Part shown: positions 41,501 to 53,500 of the stretch, piece by piece
Position numbering within the stretch: position 1 is the stretch's first letter
Layout: each line of letters starts with the position of its first letter
NCBI GenBank assembly: GCA_964035545.1
Contig: OZ037765.1
Location: forward strand, 33,045,504-33,109,503
Reading direction: 5' to 3'
Source: Bugula neritina
Taxonomy: Eukaryota > Animalia > Bryozoa
Length of the DNA: 64,000 nt
The notes under the pieces: generated by a model
Seen by the model: the letters and a program-made list of their open reading frames with translations, nothing else
Told to the model about the DNA's origin: nothing
Database searches by the model: none
Translations under genes and position numbers: made by a program

Positions 41501-44500
41501 GTGAATAGAAAAAAGCTGCCTAAAACCAACCAGCAGCTTTGTGCAAAAACTCTTAAAACTTTCATAAATTACATTATGCAGACCTGTTTACTCTGAATAC
41601 TTTGAAACAAAACAGCATACCAGGTTAAACACGAAGATATTGAAAACATAGTTTAGCATGTATTGAACCAGAACTAGTAACATTCAGACATATCACAATA
41701 TTGTGTGAAAATTTTACAATCTGAAGTGAATCTGTATTGTATTTATTGCATTCATTATATGAAGTACTATTATCTTGCTTTATTCAGGATGTTATTTTGA
41801 CTGATACTTGATAATATTTCCTAAAATAAAAAGATGTGATATTTGACTCATACTCATATAAGTACTGCATGTTATACTTATATTGTATGCAACTTTGTTC
41901 TCTTCTTATATTCTGTATATCTTTATGTTCTAGTGTGGATCAGCTGACTCAGTTAGAGACACCAGAAATAGTAGACAATAGCCTCAAGACAGCACCAGAT
42001 GTTGTGTCATCACTTAAACAGTTGAACATGAATAGATGTGGAATATCCAGTCTACCTGAAAGGTTTGTGTGTCACATGTGTATCACTACTTCACAACGTA
42101 ATTATTACCTTCCTTTATAATGTATTTATACACAACTTATAGAATAAAAAATAAGTACAGGATACAGGGTATAGCTTTATATTCAAACTTTTCAGGCTTA
42201 GTCTGAGATTCCTGTATTATACAATGAAAAGATAAGGGTGCAGTTTAAATATTTATAGAGCCACCCTCTCTCTTGACTCTGAATAGAAATATTGTAGTGA
42301 ATTTTAGTATTGTATTAGTTAGTTATGTTATATTGAAAGGGTAACTCTATGTCAGACTGCCGCATTGGGCCGACAGCTTCATGTTGACAGTATCATGTCG
42401 TCAGGATGGCCTGATCGTGTTGGCCAATGAAACAGGACTGACAATTGATGAGTAGGCGGAGTTACAAACGCGTAGTGGAAGCATGTTAGACAGCTTCACC
42501 GGCAGAGTGGATCGAGTTCTAGTAATGTAAAGTTGTATGCAAATCACTCTATATTATGTAATCGTGTGTGTTAATGTTAGTAGTTTTATTTCTGTATAGT
42601 TTGTAACAATAAAGTCTATTGTAATTGTGAGAAACCTGGTGAAGTAGCTTTATATAAGTAGACCCACTAATTATATAGTGAATCAGAAATTTACTACGGT
42701 GGTGGCAGCGGTGGGATCTTTCTTATAATAAGTGCTCCTAGCCAGGGAGTAAAACAATGGCCGACGACGAGGACGTGCCCCATCAGGAACCAGTAGTGAT
42801 GGAGGAGGATGACATAGGCGGCCCAGCACTGCCTATGGACAGGTATCACTTACGTGCTCCCATCATCTCAGGAGAAGAGGATGTGGAGCAACTTATTACT
42901 GAGTTTAGTAATGTGGCAGCCATCTGTCGATGGCCTGCCAGGGTGACTCTGATCCAGCTATGGTTGTGTCTGACAGGGCCGGCTAAACCCTATGGGATAA
43001 GCCAAGATGCTGGTGACATATTTGAAGCATTGAGAGCTCGGTTTAGGTTAACCGCTCGAGATGCTCGCGTGCAGCTTCAAGGACTTAGGAGAAATCCTAA
43101 GACTAACTTGCGAGAGCATGCAACCGCAGTCGAACGACTGACACAAGTCGCGTATGGCGACTTGCCTGCTGATATTAGACAGAGCTTGGCACTGGAGGCA
43201 TTCCTCCACTCTATTAATAACCTCGTACTAAAGTAACACCTGCTGGTTGACGAGGTTGATACAATGGAGCGAGCTCTCAGGCTTGGAAATGCCTATTTCC
43301 AAGCCGACAGTACATGCTGTACATGTCGCAACGGTGGCAGCCGACGAGCCGACTAGCTTGACCACAAGCTTGGTACGCGAGTTGTTAGCCGAAATCAAGG
43401 AACTACGCCAGCAGTCGACAGCTGAACGACCTACCAGGCCGCCATCAGTGGTCGACGGCAGGCGGAACCCCATATGCTGAGGTTGTGGTAGTGGTGAGCA
43501 CTTCATACAAAGTTGCCCCCATGGTAGAGGGAGCCAGTTAAATGGAAACGGCCAATGGTAGACTCCGCCAACCGTGGGCCTCGATTTAACCCTCCGAGGC
43601 CAAGGACCAAACCCAATGGGGTGAAGAGGCCTCCTCCGCCAGAATGGCAAGCCCCCGGGAGAGTTAGCAGGACGCAAAGCCCACCAAAACCTCCGGCTTG
43701 GGCACTCAAAAACCGCTTTGAAGGGTTGTCTGATGAGGGAATGTATGACGCGTGGGAGCATGACAGGGATTTTCTTCGGTTGCCCACACGAGCGCAGGTC
43801 CACCCGCAAAGGATTGGGGTTGTGGAGCGGAACAACCGGATGCTAAGGAACTCACGGAGAAGCCTGCTTATCGGTAACAGTCAGGAAGAGTGGGACTCGG
43901 TGTTGCCGCAAATCATGCGAGCTTACCGTAGTACCCCTCAATCCATTACGCTGGAGACCCCTAATTTTCTCAGAGAAACCACGGTTCCTGAACTTACCAT
44001 ATTCCGGCTCCAGAGAGCAGCGTCTATGATTACGTTAATGAGCTCGTGAAATGTATGAGGACAGCTCACTAGGTGCTACGTGAGCAGCAGTGGCAGGTCA
44101 GGAGTGGTGACTCTGATGACCCTCTTTTGTATAAGGTGGGAGACTGGGTCTGGATGACCAGTCATTGCCGGCGGCGCGAACAGGCGGCTAAGTTACAGCC
44201 AAAGTTCGTGGGTCCTTATTGCGTGATTGAGGTGATGTTAAATCACACGTATAAGGTGGAATTGTCTAGACAAGTGTCGACCCAGAACGAGGCACGGCCA
44301 AAACTGTACTGAGCGAGCCCTGACGCAGCAGGACAGGCCCCTCCTCTCTAAAAAGCTTGCACGACTCCCTCCTACGAGAGGGCGAGGCATGGCATATAGA
44401 GAAATAGAGGAAGTGCTGCCAGATCATGAGGGAGAGGTCGACGTGCCGACCCACCCGCCTCGGCCGCCTACACTCCTACATGCCTACACTCCGGTCTGAG

Positions 44501-47500
44501 CCGGCCCCACCACCAGTGGAGCCGGCCCCACCACCAGTGGAGCCAGCCGACATGCCTGTCGCTCCGGATGAGATGGTAATTCCTCAGATTCACGAGGAAG
44601 AGGCAACTAGGGAGGAGCCTCCCGTATTAGTTAAATCCCTCCCCGTACTGGGGACACCACCCGTGGTGGTATAATCACCAGTACCAGCAAATCCTCCAGT
44701 ACAGTTGGAACGTAGTCAGCGTACTAGGACGCCACCATCTGATTTGAGAGATTTCTGGTGTGACATGGTGGATATGCTCAGTATTTTATAGCCTGTCGAT
44801 TTGTACAAAAGAAGTTCGGGGGCGAGGTAATTGATAGTATGCTACCCAGTGGCGGATAGAATAGGTCAGCCGAGGGGTCAGCAGAGCAAAGCCAACTCAA
44901 TATCGCATGGGGTGTTACATAACCACTCTAGCTGTGAGCACTCTTTTCAACTACAACCAGCAAACAGGCAGCACTTCTTTTTGCAGTAAATAAATTTGGC
45001 TACTACGAGCCCTATATAAACAGACAGCAAACATTATGTCTAATGCAGCAAATGTTTTAGAGGGTGAGACTGAAGCTGTGTCTGTTGAGATACAGGCACT
45101 ACTCGATACACTGACAGCAGCATAAGACAACCTGTCAGAGGAGAAGATGGACATGTTGTCCGACATTCACTTATCAACAGTGTCGGACCAACCGACTACA
45201 ACGACTAACCAGACTGTTAAACAAGTTGACATTACTGAAATAACTGACGGACCGCTTGAATTGCCACAAGCTTTGTTACGGCGTACTACCTGGACAACTA
45301 GACGGACGGAGACTGTAATACAAGCACTGAAAGGGACTGATGACAATAGACGGTGTGATGAATGCAGACTGACTTTCTCGATTATGAAACAACTCAAAAT
45401 ACACATACCACAACATTTTACTGTAACTTCCTATCCCTGTGGAGTCCACCACTTCTACAGGGACGCTATACTGCGACACCAAAGGAATCAGAACTGTTAC
45501 ATCGGACACCTATACAAAGTTGACGCCGACTCCTACACTGAATTTAGAGATCTGATACTGCCTCATGTGACCGACCCAGATCGACGCCAAACCCTACTAG
45601 ACCAGTTCCCCGCGACCCGACTGACGGTGGAAAGTGATTCAGACGCAGACTCCCAGCCTCTGGAGACCACGAGGACAACACCAGCCCCTGAGGTGACGAC
45701 TCAGCTTCTCCGTATTCTCATGTCCCGTGCCGGGCGCACAATAGAAGTAGACTCCCCACCCCTGACCACAACTACCTCCTTCTTCCCTAGTCGCCGACAG
45801 AAGAAGAGAAAGAGCCCTAGTGACCCGACTAACAAAAATACCATCCCCGACCAGTCCCTATTGACAGATGTGAAGAAGTTACAGAGGCGTATGGCGTATG
45901 TACGTAATTGGAGTGGGTCCTCTCATACGACATCAGAGAATACACGGTATGGTTGAGCATAACCAACTTTTTAGAGGACTGTTTGAAGGCTCTCAACTGA
46001 AAACTAGATGACTTCCGCTACTGCTTTGCTTCACAGTATTTATTGCTATAGTCAAGCTTTCCTAATCTGTTTCCCTGTGTGTTTTCAGTATGAAATTTTG
46101 CATCATTCTGAAAATGTTTGCATACTAGTTTATTTACACTGTTGGCTTACATTTTTGTTTAGTCTAGGATTAAATGTATGTTTCTTTTATAGATTGATGG
46201 CAGACATATTTTAACCAAGAAAAATACAAGCTTAAGTCTAAAGCCTGGTGTGCCCTGTTATAATTAACATATGAAAATAATTGGTGGGGCAAGTTGTACC
46301 GGTTCAACTTGCCCCACTTCCTGTGTGGTTCAACTAACCCCACACTGTCACGGCTACAAATTATCGTCGATATCTGCTGTGAATGAAATATTTCTGCAAG
46401 TTTATGTCATTGTACAGCTTTGAAAGCATGTTGACAATACATGCCTAAATTTATTTGACTGTGCTCTTAAAATTTGAGAAGCCATGTAACTGTTTATGAA
46501 AAATATAAAGTTTTAGTTTGCTCATTTTTTATGCAAAATTGTGAGAAATACTCGCTTGAACCTGAAAATTTCTGCTTGGAGTTTATTTGTTTCTATATAT
46601 TTTTATATATTTATATATTTTCTATATTGAAAATATAATCTGACATGTATTAAATTAAAACTGGTAATATTCAGTCTATGAGATAGTGCGTGTAAATTGT
46701 ACAATGTGGAGTATATATGTATTATATTTACTGAATTCATTATATGAGGTACTATTATCCTGCTTTATTCAGGATGTTATTTTGACTGATACTAAATAGT
46801 TTATGAAATACAGAGATGTGATATTTAACTCATACACATGTCAGTATACTGCATATTATCCTCATACTTTGCTTTGTTTTAATGCATATCTTTATATTAC
46901 AGTCTCTCTCGGCTGACTCAGTTAGAGAAACTAGACATAGGAGACAATACTCTCAACACAGTACCAGATGTTGTGTCATCACTCACATCACTTAAACAGT
47001 TGAAGATGAATAGATGTGGTATATCCAGTCTACCTGAAAGGTTTGTGTGTCACATGTTTATTATTTCTTCTTAACATCATAACCATCTCCCTTTAAATTA
47101 TATTTATACATAACTATCAGTATAGAAGATATGTACAGGTTATAAATGTGTATGTAGGTAGAATTTTGTACCCACTTTAAGGTTTTGGTAAAATACAATG
47201 AGATGGAAAAGGTGGACTGCATCATAAATTGAAAAGCCACCTTCTCTCATGAAAAAGTGAATTACAATTTTGTTCTACTGCTGTATTAAAATACTCCAGT
47301 ACTCCCTAGCTATAATGTAAAACTCTATAGCTAAGCATTTTGCTAAAGTTTTCATGTGGAAAGAATACTAAATATAGAATATTAATGAAGAAAACAATAT
47401 GGTCTAGGGGTTTGAGCCCCGACAAAGGCTATTGATGATGTTAGGAAGACTACCCAGTCATAATTGCTCCTGTGCCTCATCTGAATAAGTCCATAGCCCC

Positions 47501-50500
47501 ATTTAACAAAAACTCCTTTCATCAGGGGTTTTCTCACAGGGATGGTGATTATAAACTTGCGTCAGTTTTATCTTTAAATAAAATAAAAAAAATCATTTGG
47601 TATATAAAGCAATAACAGCTACTAGTGATATAATTTGTTACTGATCACTATCAAATCAAATGGTATTCATTATTAGATGAAACAAGTTAAGGTAAAATAT
47701 CATGAGGATTGCAAAAATATTTTTGTTTTGTTGTTAGAATTTTTCAGAACTGTAAACTGCTGCATGATACTTTATCCTCTTCCTGTTGTAAATGTTTATA
47801 TTATATTTTTATATTACAGTTTCTCCCAGCTGACTCAGTTAGAGGAACTAGACATAGGAGACAATACCCTCAACACAGTACCAGATGTTGTGTCATCACT
47901 CACATCACTTAAACAGTTGGATATGAATAGCTGTGGTATATCCAGTCTACCTGAAAGGTTTGTGTGTCACATGTTTATTATTTCTTCTTAACATCATAAC
48001 CATCTCCCTTTAAATTATATTTATACATAACTATTAGTATATAAGATATGTACAGGTTATAAATGTGTATATAGGTAGAATTTTGTACCCACTTTAAGGT
48101 TTTGGTAAAGTACAATGAGATGGAAAAAGTGGAGTGCATCATGAAGTGAAAAGCCACCCTCTCTCATAAAAAAGTGAATTATAATTTTGTTCTACTGCTG
48201 TATTAAAATACTCCAGTACTCCTTAGCTATAATGTAAAATTCTATTGCTAAGCATTTTGCTAAAGTTTTCATGTGGAAAGAATACTAGATATAGGATATT
48301 AATGAAGAAAACAATGGTCTAGGGGTTTGAGCCCCGACAAAGGCTATTGATGATGTTAGGAAGACTATACCCAGTCATAATTGCTCCTGTGCCTCATCTG
48401 AATAAGTCCATAGCCCCATTTAACAAAAACTCCTTTCATCAGGGGTTTTCTCACAGGGATGGTGATTATAAACTTGCGTCAGTTTTATCTTTAAATAAAA
48501 TAAAAAAAATCATTTGTTATATAAAGCAATAACAGCTACTAGTGATATAATTTGTTACTCATCACTATCAAATCAAATGGTATTCATTATTAGATGAAAC
48601 AAGTTAAGGTAAAATATCATGAGGATTGCAAAAATATTTTTGTTTTGTTGTTAGAATTTTTCAGAACTGTAAACTGCTGCATGATACTTTATCCTCTTCC
48701 TGTTGTAAATGTTTATATTATATTTTTATATTACAGTTTCTCCCAGCTGACTCAGTTAGAGGAACTAGACATAGGAGACAATACCCTCAACACAGTACCA
48801 GATGTTGTGTCATCACTCACATCACTTAAACAGTTGGATATGAATAGCTGTGGTATATCCAGTCTACCTGAAAGGTTTGTGTGTCACATGTTTATTATTT
48901 CTTCTTAACATCATAACTATCTCCCTTTAAATTATATTTATACATAACTATTAGTATATAAGATATGTACAGGTTATAAATGTGTATATAGGTAGAATTT
49001 TGTACCCACTTTAAGGTTTTGGTAAAGTACAATGAGATGGAAAAAGTGGAGTGCATCATGAAGTGAAAAGCCACCCTCTCTCATAAAAAAGTGAATTATA
49101 ATTTTGTTCTACTGCTGTATTAAAATACTCCAGTACTCCTTAGCTATAATGTAAAATTCTATTGCTAAGCATTTTGCTAAAGTTTTCATGTGGAAAGAAT
49201 ACTAGATATAGGATATTAATGAAGAAAACAATGGTCTAGGGGTTTGAGCCCCGACAAAGGCTATTGATGATGTTAGGAAGACTATACCCAGTCATAATTG
49301 CTCCTGTGCATCATCTGAATAAGTCCATAGCCCCATTTAACAAAAACTCCTTTCATCAGGGGTTTTCTCACAGGGATGGTGATTATAAACTTGCGTCAGT
49401 TTTATCTTTAAATAAAATAAAAAAAATCATTTGTTATATAAAGCAATAACAGCTACTAGTGATATAATTTGTTACTCATCACTATCAAATCAAATGGTAT
49501 TCATTATTAGATGAAACAAGTTAAGGTAAAATATCATGAGGATTGCAAAAATATTTTTGTTTTGTTGTTAGAATTTTTCAGAACTGGATTAGGTATAGCT
49601 TTTAGTTCGTCTAGCATATTTTTATCACATATTTCGTTTCTAGTTTTAGTATCTTTATTAAGTGCGTAACATATGTCGTGTTTCATAGCTATAGCGTCGT
49701 CTCGATCTACCGGTTTACTTCATTTTTTAGGAGTCATATCGTCATTCATACGCTTATCTAATTTAGTACCGGGACCTAAAAAATTATGATTGGGGTAATG
49801 CAATTCAACGGGTAAATTGTTTATTAAATTATTCATTAAACCCGACCCTTTTTTAATAAATGTATTCTTTTTACATCCGCATTGACTGCAATTACCGTAA
49901 CCCATTAGTCTTTTATTTTTACTTTCTCTTTCTCCATAATTGAGAGCTTTTGTTTTAATTTTACACTTACAACAATACATTTATTATAATAAATGGAAAT
50001 AGAAAATCTTTTGTGGAAAAATGAATTTAATCGTAATAATAATCCTTTACTTCCTAAAAGCAAAAGAGGACTTATCGTTGGAAAGTCTGGATGCGGTAAA
50101 ACTACGTTACTTTGTAACTTACTATTACAACCTAATTGGCTCGATTATGATAAACTTATGATTTACGGTAAAAGTCTTTCTAAACCCGAATATATAAATA
50201 TGAAAAAAGCTTTCGAGCTCGGAATAACTAAAAAAGAAATTTTAAATTTCTTTAAAAATAGTGAAACGATAGTAAATTCGGGTATAAACGTAAATCGTAT
50301 TTTAAAAAATTACACTACGGGTAACGGTAATATAAACGCTGAATTTATCGAATCTAGTGACGACGTTTATGACCCTTGTGATAAAGATTTAATAATATTC
50401 GATGATTTAATGTTGGAAAAACAAAAAAAAGGGGCGAAAGTTATTGTACGCGTGGTCGTCATAGCAATGTCGTTTGCTTTTATTTATCGCAAAACTATTT

Positions 50501-53500
50501 TAAGCTACCTAAACACACTAATCGAGAAAACGCTAATTTTATTTGCTTATTTCCTCAAGATGGAAAAAACTTAAATCATATATATCAAGATCACGTAACT
50601 GGAGATATAACATTAAACGAATTTAAAGACTTTTGTTATAAAGGATAGCAAAAACCTCACGGATTTATTACTTTAGATCTTTCTTCCTCAAAAAATAATG
50701 GAAAGTATAGGCACGGCCTAGACGAGTTTAATATTCTTCAATAAATGAGTGTTTATAAGTTTGGTGAACCATTAGCAAAAGCTAAAAAAGAAAACTATAT
50801 CGAAAGAGTCGTAACTAAAAATGATAACGTTCTTATTCAATCTTTTAGTACAACGATTAATATAGGAATGTTATTGGGATATATAGTAAATAAACCGATA
50901 GAACTAAAATACGCTTTATTAGAATTTCAACATCTTCCAGCTAATAATAATAATCCTTTGTATTGGAAAGATAAAAAATTAACTTTAATTATCGGCGATG
51001 TTAATAACCCTCTCGAACACGATACTATAAAGAATATATAATTCAAGGAGGCGTCGCGCGCGTAAAAATACCTATGTTAGAATATATTGAAGCTGATAAA
51101 AATATTGGATTAGTATTACACTGCTCAAGCGATTATACTAGTCGTAAACCCGATGACGTTACGGTTAATGACGTCCCGCCTATAACTTTACCGTTTGAAT
51201 TAGTGTCGCTGAAACTTTTTTACGTTCATAAATGAGTGTTTATAAATTCGGAGGAAGCGGAAAAACGCAAATAGATACAAAAAAATTCGTTTTAATAAAC
51301 AGTAGTAGTACTCTTACGGGTACGCTAGATATGGGAAAAAATAAAATATCTAGAGTCATCGATCCGGCTGACGATCAAGACGCGGCTACAAAAACATACG
51401 TTAATAATACGAGTATGCCTAAAACATTACACCCCAATAATCAATTAACTATATCAACTGATGACGGACGCGTTATAGATAGCGATTTAAAAGTTGATAA
51501 CGTTGTTACGAAAACTAATGTATCTAATTACGCCGTACCTCTTATACAAAATCCAACCAAAAAATTAACTGTTTCAACTACTTCGGGTAGCGTTGAAGAT
51601 AGTAATTTAAGCGTTACCGATGTTGTTACGACTAATAATATAAATAATTTTGCTATACCAAAAATACACCCGTCGAATGAAAAACTAACCGTTTCAACTA
51701 CTTTAGGTAATATTGCTGATAGTAATTTAAGCGTTAACGATGTTATTACGACTAGTAATATAAATAATTTTGCTATGCCTAAAATACAACCGTCAATCGG
51801 AGGTAAATTATCAATGCTTTCGAGCGAAGGTAATATCGTAGAAACCGGTATAAGCATCGCAGATATTATTACTACTTATAATATAAATAATCACGCTATT
51901 CCTAAATTACAAGGAGCGGTTGGTAATAAATTAGTAATATCAACGAGCAATGGTAATATAATAGAATCTACAGAATCTCAACCCACATTTCCAAGTTATA
52001 ACGTTTAAACACTGTTGCATATTAAATTATTATATTCTCAGCGTATAATAATTTATTACATCAACTCTAAAATTATATTTATCTTCTTTAAAAAACTAGT
52101 AAAATAATTATACTAGTAGTAGGAAGTGGTTGCGTTCTGGGACAACACCCTGACACCGGAGAGTCGAAGACTCGGCGGGGGAAGGGGGTTGTCCCAGAAC
52201 CAACTACTTCCTACTACTACTACTTCACAACGTAATTATTACCTTCCTTTATAATGTATTTATACACAACTTATAGAATATAAAATAATATACAGAATAC
52301 AGAGTAGCTATAGCTTAATATTTAAACTTTTCAGGCTTAGCCTTAGATTCCTGTATTATACAATGAAATGATAAGGGTGCAGTGTAAATATTTATGGAGC
52401 CACCCTCTCTCTTGACTCTGAATAGAAATATGAATGAACTTGCACTTTCCTACAAGATAACCATAAGGAAAAGATTTATTAAATGAGTTTCAATGAGAAT
52501 AAATTGTAACATAGAAGATATGATTATCCATGTGAATTTATTCTATAGCATGGATAGTTCAAATTAATCTGTAGCAACTATTACTTGGTAAGTCGTGAGA
52601 ATGAAACTAATCGTGTTAATTTACTTCATATATAGTACACTTACATTTATATTTTGGGTTTAGTATGTAAACACTTCATAGACACTAGCCTTTAGGGGAG
52701 GGTGAATAATATAAACGCACTACATACTTAAGGATAGCATAACACAACCAATCTAATTAGATGCCACTATCCAGCTGCACTTATCCAATTGCTCTCTCAA
52801 TCCACTATAATTAGTTAGTCTCCTCCTTTGTTCACAGCGTACCTTGGTAGTATAGCAATGTAAACACTAGTAGGCCGAGTGTATTAGAGACGCTAAGCAT
52901 TAGGATAACAGAATAAGGACAAGAGAGTTGTTCTTTCGATATACACAGGAGCACAACTCCTTACAATATTACTGACTCTAAGCATTACTATTGGTTAACA
53001 TTAGCTGTAATGCTTTTGTTACAAGTTGTTCTTGTTTTATAGCAGTTGTAGGTGTTATTACAGTTATACTCTTTTATTAGAGATTAAATATTATCAAGTT
53101 GAGCTATATTATGTTCCTGTAAAATCTGTTTGTAATAAAAACTTGTGTACAAGTGCCTCTCATTATAAAAAGATAATTTCATTGTTTGAAAAGTTTCACT
53201 TTTTTATTTTTTAAAGGCTTACTTTAAAAAATTCAACTTTTTCCAAAAAATCTTTCGAGAATAATTTTTTATATTAAATTCTCTATCTAACAAAAATTAA
53301 AAAGATAATTGAGCTTGAAAATGTTCTATTTACTCAAAAAAAACTCCGTTAAAGCTTCATGAATGCATGTTAGTCCACATCTTTCAAATATATATAATTT
53401 CAAACTTCCCATGGTATTTCTAAAAATTGCAAGAAACTGGACAAGTTGTTTTGGCTGAGTTGTTTTGCCTTTTAGTTTAAGTAAGCCAGGAAAAGAATAC

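Larger units (their letters stand above)
49587..52224. mobile_element. endogenous Polinton/Maverick (adintovirus-like) terminal fragment
   Basis: Intronless, tightly packed ORFs: parvovirus-type PLA2, A32-like packaging ATPase and two MSVYKFG-initiated ORFs. Ends in an (ACT)n terminus as in Polinton TIRs, with sharp junctions to LRR-intron repeat sequence. Confidence 0.8.

Noticed and set aside
49993-50574. Bacterial contamination or cellular ABC/AAA ATPase
   Set aside because: The motifs (GRH, YLSQ) and neighbours (PLA2, fibre-like) fit a Polinton-class element, which is joined to host repeats on both sides and decaying.
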